DNA from: the human T2T-CHM13v2.0 reference genome, Homo sapiens
DNA length: 64,000 nt
Assembly: GCF_009914755.1 (NCBI RefSeq)
Contig: NC_060938.1
Direction: 5' to 3' (one strand)
A program made the position numbers and the translations under genes. Below the pieces are notes generated by a model, which worked only from the letters and a program-made list of their open reading frames with translations, did no database searches and was not told where the DNA came from. This document shows positions 57,964-64,000 of this stretch, piece by piece. Within the stretch, counting starts at the first letter, position 1, and every line of letters starts with the position of its first letter.

Positions 57964-58502
57964 GTAAGAAATCCCCTCCAGCCTGAGACACAGGATCTAG
58001 AGAGTCCATTTGGTGCCCAGAGCAGTGGGGGCATTTGTCAGCTCTGAGCCTCAGTTTTCTCATCTGTAAAATGGGAGAATTGGAGAGGCAGTAAGTAGAC
58101 TGGTGGTTTCTTGGGGCATGTGGTAGAGTAGGGTGCTGAGGGGTGATAAAAATGTTCTTTTTAAGGTGATAAAAATATTCTAAAATTAGATTGTGGTTTT
58201 GGTTGCACAATTCTGTGAATATACTAAAACCACCGAATTGTATATTTAAATGGGTAAATTTTATAGCATGCACATTATATCTGAGTAAAGCTGCTCAGAG
58301 AAAAAGGGAAGATTGGAGTAGCTGGTCCCTGGTGGCATTTCCACCTCCCTGGTTCTGCCACTGCTTCTGCCATTCTCTTCCGCTTCACGGGTGCTCTGTT
58401 TGTTAGTAAAGCAACCCACTTTCCTGTGAAAGGGGGACACTGAGGAAGGGGCAGGCTGGGGACGTGTGGCTGAGGCCCAGGGTCTGTGTGTTTCCTTTCC
58501 AG

Positions 58503-58606
58503 GGGTGTTCATCACCCACGGGGACGTCGGGGTGGGCACCATCGTGGGCTCTGCTGTGTTCAACATCCTGTGCATAATTGGAGTGTGCGGACTGTTTGCT
58601 GGCCAG
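58503..58606 (+). CDS. SLC24A4: SLC24A4 coding exon (probably exon 6), 104 nt: (G)VFITHGDVGVGTIVGSAVFNILCIIGVCGLFAGQ
   Basis: Acceptor tttcctttccag|GG; donor CAG|gtcagt; second half of alpha-1 repeat GTIVGSAVFN. Confidence 0.97.
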
Positions 58607-59189
58607 GTCAGTGGTTTCTCCCTGGGCCCGGCAGATGCATGCCCTGAAGCGTGGGGGATGAGCCTCTAATGACAAGAGGTTGGGGTAGCAGTGGGGACGC
58701 CCACAGGACAGCTGAGCTGGATTCTGGATACATTTGGGGCCTGGTTTTGGCCTCCCCAACAGGGAGCATGAAGCTGGATTGTCATTGATACCCCATTAGA
58801 TATCCTCAGAGCCCCAGGGGGAATGTTGGACTTGACCTCAGAGAGGCGGGCTCATGAGTGAGGCCCTGCCTTGCAGAGGGAGATGGAAGTGGGCAGCCGA
58901 CTGTGCCTGAAAGTGCCAGGGTCCGGTGGAGAGCGAGAGCCTCTGGCCTCTGCTGTGAAACACACACTGTTCTGACCTCAGAGGAATAGAGGGCAGCTTT
59001 GCCATGGCTTGAGAACATTACTTGGTTTCATTCTGTTCCCCAAATTATAACAAAGAACAAGCGTGGCCTGGAGTTAGGAGGTGGAGCTCTGTGGGCATGC
59101 CCTGCACTGCGGGGGGAGGAGGCCTGGGCAGCTGCACCCCCTCCCCGCTTCTGCGCTCATAGCAGCCAACGACGGGGCTCTGCTGGCAG

Positions 59190-59264
59190 GTGGTCCGTCT
59201 GACGTGGTGGGCCGTGTGCCGAGACTCCGTGTACTACACCATCTCTGTCATCGTGCTCATCGTG
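59190..59264 (+). CDS. SLC24A4: SLC24A4 coding exon (probably exon 7), 75 nt: VVRLTWWAVCRDSVYYTISVIVLIV
   Basis: Acceptor gctctgctggcag|GTG (pyrimidine-poor); donor GTG|gtgagt; conserved LTWW..RD motif. Confidence 0.95.
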
Positions 59265-59489
59265 GTGAGTTGCCCCTCTGCCCCCAAGGTCAGGTTGGCT
59301 GGGACCCTGCGAAGGCACAGGACCCCTGCCCATCTCTGCCCCTGGCACTGTGACCAGAGAGGACTCACAGCACACAATAGTGGGGTGTGCCAGCCACTCA
59401 CTGCGGTCACAGTGACCAGCGCCCCGACCCCCAGCACTGTGCCTCCCTTTCCCCAAAACCTCAGACCCAAAACCTCTCCCACAGAAAGC

Positions 59490-59915
59490 AGGAGAGAATA
59501 AATCTTTGTCTCAAACTGCTGAGAAACCAGTCAGAAATGGTACAGCTGGGTCCTGTAGGCCAGGTCCTCTGCTGGGCTGTAGTTAAGGCCTTAGCCAGGG
59601 TAGAATCATCGCAGAGCTTGGCGGGCAGGGCTGCGCTTGCAGGGTCACTCATGTGGCTGTGGGCAGGGCTTGGGCTACTGGCTGTTCCACAGGGCAGCTC
59701 TCAGCTGGGTGGCGGGCTTCCCTCAGAGCGAGGGCCAGAGGCACCAAGGTGGAAGCCACAGCCTTTTCCTAACCTGCTCTTGGGAGTGATACCTGCCGTG
59801 TATGCCGTATTCTGTTTGTTGGAAGCAAGTCACCAGGTGCAGCCCACATGCTAGGGAAGCATGAATGTCACGCAGTGGGAGCATGGGGACCCCCCTACAG
59901 GCTGCCTACCACACC
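59490..59915 (-). mobile_element. Old MLT1 LTR
   Basis: caggtcctctgct...gctcactcatgtggctg-like segment...gaagcaagtcac...aggctgcctaccaca. Confidence 0.65.
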
Positions 59916-60322
59916 CCCCAAAAAATAGATGTCTGCGATGATTCTACAGATAAAACAATCTACGGATACATGATTTCAAAAAGGTCAACATATGCCCTAA
60001 CTATAATACAAAGGAGAAATATAATCTATAATAAAAGAATACATATTTCAGTATGTAAATGTTTTGGCACGGATATGCCAGGAGATCCAATGAAGGGATT
60101 GGTTCCCTCCCACACAAAAACAATCTCTGAGACCGTCTAGTACAAATGCAAACTGATGCCCAAGTTATGGGCTGGCACCTAAGCCCCGTGGGTGGTGCCG
60201 ATGTTGATGATGTGATTTTCCACAATAATGAATGACTGCTGATAAAATTCCAAACAGAGCAAAGTATAATCATTCCTTAATTTGCATGACAGTTACCTTA
60301 CTAGAAAATTAAGGATTCACTA

Positions 60323-60760
<438 letters not shown>

Positions 60761-61102
60761 AGCTATCTTTCAGTCTTTGAGATTTCTTGATTGTAGCAAC
60801 TCTACTCCATGAATAAGGGGAGGCTTCTGCCAGGTTAGCCCCCAGCAGCTACTTGGACTGTTATAAAGCACAGGACGTATCTCTGGGGGTGGCCATGCTA
60901 AGCTGGGGCCTTGTGATACAGTACACTGCTGGCCTAGGCTACACTAAGGAAAGGCCCGTAGGTGAGCAGCTCAGAAATGGACCCATAACACATATAACAA
61001 GGCCAGTATAAATTGGCTCTGGGTGCCTGGGTGTCCGTGCTTGTTCTTGTTTGGAAATAAATATGTCCCACCCACCTCAACTCTGTTTCTTTTGCCTTAC
61101 AG

Positions 61103-61128
61103 TTCATATATGATGAACAAATTGTGTG
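61103..61128 (+). CDS. SLC24A4: SLC24A4 26-nt microexon (probably exon 8): FIYDEQIV(W)
   Basis: Acceptor ctctgtttcttttgccttacag|TTC; donor GTG|gtaagt; needed to join the flanking exons in frame. Not present in the ORF track. Confidence 0.94.
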
Positions 61129-61700
61129 GTAAGTTTTTCAAGTGTAGTTTTCATTGTTCTTTTTTGTTGTTGTTTCCAGTATCCTTATTTGTTGGGTTCC
61201 CTGAATCGTTTTAAAAATTATTTTTATAAACTTAAGCTTATTAACTTGTGAAAGTGAAAAAAAGATATTCTAAGCAGTCATGCCTTTCTTTATCCTGTCA
61301 AAGTGAGAAAAATTGTTTCCCTTAATAGTCCCAGCCTGCTAGGTATCAGGATATATTATAAAGCAAAAATTCTGAAAACAGTATGGTATTTTGCAAAGGG
61401 ATATGCATAGGCCAATATGGAATGCAGTAATGGGCCTATTTCTGGAATGGGGGACATTGCAGAGATGTCATAATAAGGCAGTGAGTTAGGAATAGAGTCT
61501 TGAATGCTGCAGGGACAACTGGGAATCCACACAGAACAACACAACATCAGATCCCTACCTCACACCTTATACAAGGGTAAACTCCAGGTGATTTAAAGAT
61601 ATTACTGTAAAACTGAGACTTTTTAGAAAATGTCAAAGAAAATATAGAGACTTATCTTTAAGACACTGAGGTAGGAATTGATTTCCTAATTAAGATACAT

Positions 61701-61825
61701 AGCCAGGCATGGTGGCTCACACCTGTAATTTCAGCTACTAAGGAGGCTGAGGTGGGAGAATGGCTTGCGCCCAGGAGTTTGAGACCAGCCTGAGCAACAT
61801 AGTGAGACCCCGTCCCCCAAAACAG
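61701..61825 (+). mobile_element. Alu monomer (FLAM-like) within an old L1 fragment
   Basis: Single forward arm. Confidence 0.8.
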
Positions 61826-61962
61826 ATACATAAATCACAAACTTCTGAGGAACAGGTTGATGTTTCCACTCTATTTGATAGCATGGGAATGCATCTTACA
61901 TTTGTAACTCATAAAAATTTTCTTTTGATTGCCAACGATTCAGAATCTGCGTGCATTCTATA

Positions 61963-62210
61963 TTTTTTTTTTTTGAGACCCGGTCTTACTCTGTCGCCCA
62001 GGCTAGAGTGCAGTGGTGCCATCTCGGCTCAAGTGATTCATGTGCCTCAGCCTCCCAAGTAGCTGGGACTACAGGTGCATGCCACCACACCTGTCTAATT
62101 TTTTAATTTTTTGTAGAGATGGGGTTTCACCATGTTGGCCAGGCTGGTCTCGAACTCCTGGGCTCAAGTGATCCACCTGCCTTGGCCTCCCAAAGTGTCT
62201 GGATTACAGG
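61963..62210 (-). mobile_element. AluJ/S with internal deletion
   Basis: Poly-T followed by reverse Alu. Confidence 0.9.
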
Positions 62211-63155
62211 CTGTGTCCTGTATGATTATTTATGGAAAGAGAGTCAGACAATCAGGCCGAGGACATCAGCCACCTGCCCTGAGCAGCTGTGTGCTATGGG
62301 CCCCCAGAAACCTGGTTCTGGTCCTCTCCTGGCCCCCAATCTGCTGTGTGGCCCCAGGAAAGCCTCTGAACTCTTGGGTTTCATTTTCGTCATCTGTAGA
62401 CAGGGTTGAGATGGCAGTGGTTCCATGATCTGGAGGTTAGCAAAGGAAGAGCTCCCAAAACAACTGTAGCCCATGCTGGACACATAGTGGGCTTTGGTTT
62501 ATATGTGTCAAGTGAATGAACAAGCTAAAGCTTGTGTGCTGCTCCAGGGGCTTGTGGTCAGAGCTACAGAAATCCCCACTGCTAATGGGATTGGGTGGGA
62601 TGCACCAGAGGGTAGTGATGGTTGCATCCCAGGAAGACCCCAGCCTTCCATGGGCAGCATAAGGCCTGGGAGGCTCCTGTGCCACCTGCCGCATATTCAG
62701 TCAGCTCTCAGGCCCTACTTCCGGGACTGGGGCCCCTTTCCTCCCACACCCACAGCTTCTCTGGCTCCTGCCCAGAATCTTGGGTGATCACAGGGTCTCT
62801 CAGGGTCGAGTTTGTGTGACTTCAGGCCACGCCACTAGCCTCCGTGAATACTGGGACATGGTGGCCCTAGTCCCTCCTTTTTCTAGGAAGCTGAGGGAAC
62901 CCCACCTCTGTCCTGCAGACCTCTATAGTTGAGAAGAGACCCCTCAGCTTTTCTCGCTTGAACATCAAGAGGGCTGCTGGTGGCAAGACAGCCACAGGCT
63001 GGGGGATCTCTCTCACATGCCTGGGTTCTGGGCCCGGCACTAGGGGCGGGGGAGGTAAAGACATCCCGCCCTTCCCCACTTCTGGACCCCTCATTCCCAG
63101 CCTTCACCTGCCCCGGGCCCCGAGCTCTAACCGCAATCTCCTTTCTCTCTTTGAG

Positions 63156-63209
63156 GTGGGAAGGCCTGGTGCTCATCATCTTGTATGTGTTTTATATTCT
63201 GATCATGAA
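63156..63209 (+). CDS. SLC24A4: SLC24A4 coding exon (probably exon 9), 54 nt: (W)WEGLVLIILYVFYILIM(K)
   Basis: Branch point ctctaac (63125-63131); tract ctcctttctctcttt; acceptor gag|G; donor GAA|gtaagt; TM5 sequence. Confidence 0.95.
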
Positions 63210-63749
63210 GTAAGTGCCCTTTCTCCTCCCCGGGGCTGCCGACGCCTTGCCCCACTGCCTGCTACAGCCTTTTGTGACAGCAGGGAGAAAAACATCTGTC
63301 AGATCTTTGTCCTTTTAGGCCAGCCCCAGCTCTCTGGTAGACACCCTGCTGGGGGACAGCTGGAGTAGGGGAGGGGTGTCAGATGCTGTTCCGGGGGTGC
63401 CGTCCACACTGAGGCCAGGGGAGTCACGCTGGTGGCTGATGTGTGGACCACAAGGCTGCTCTCCAGACAAGTAGCATGCAAGGGCCTCTTTCCCGCCCTG
63501 CTCTGGGCAGCTTCTCCATGCCCCAGGGTAACCACTCACTTGTGCTGTCTCTAGAAGCCTTCTGATAATTTAATACCACTCTTTTCAAAAAGCCAGGCAG
63601 GTCTGCCCCAGGCTTCATAAAATGCCACTTCTCAGGGCCAGTGCTTGGTACAACTGCAGCACCACTGATAGTACTGAGGATGCAAACTCAGGCTATGCCA
63701 CCTTGAGCCCCTCGAGAAGCTACCCAGGTCAGAACCATCTCAAAACTAC

Positions 63750-64000
63750 CCATGAGGAATACTATGCAGCCAGAAAAAGGAATAACGTTCTGACAGTCTA
63801 CCACATGGATGAACCTGGAAAACATTATGCTAAGTGGAAGAAGCCAGTCACAAAAGGACAACTATTGTCTGATTGCACTTACATGAGGGATCTAGAAGAG
63901 CCAGATTCATAGAGGTGGACCAGAGGTCAGTGCAGGCGGCTGGGGAGCAAAGAAGGAGGAATTAATGATTAGTGGGAATAGTGTTGTTTGGGATGATACA
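63750..64000 (+). mobile_element. Old L1M 3' fragment
   Basis: gaatactatgcagcc...acatggatgaacct.gaaaacattatgctaagtg.aagaagccagtcacaaaaggac. Confidence 0.85.

Overview
Primate (almost certainly human) genomic DNA lying wholly inside SLC24A4 (NCKX4, K+-dependent Na+/Ca2+ exchanger) on the + strand. The first ~49.7 kb is the distal part of one very long intron. Seven internal coding exons follow (77, 75, 85, 104, 75, 26 and 54 nt; probably exons 3-9 by my recollection of the gene model). They all have GT-AG boundaries and splice into one open frame: AIHEFPTDLF...GATFMAAGSSTPE...GTIVGSAVFN...FIYDEQIVWWEGLVLIILYVFYILIMK, covering the alpha-1 repeat and first transmembrane cluster. The rest is typical repeat-rich intron: about 23 Alus, MIR/L2/L1 fragments, MaLR/ERVL LTRs, one full-length MaLR provirus, MER/Tigger DNA transposons and microsatellites. 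Nearly all ORFs in the supplied track are spurious or repeat-derived. I see no evidence of a new multi-gene system. The best leads are regulatory or splicing-level: a 7x49-bp VNTR inside an LTR that multiplies an E-box, an intact DUX4 motif in an antisense THE1 LTR, a candidate poison exon, alternative in-frame acceptors at exon 7, a 26-nt microexon between inverted Alus, and several local or templated duplications. Repeat subfamily names and exon numbers are by eye and memory and need RepeatMasker/annotation confirmation.
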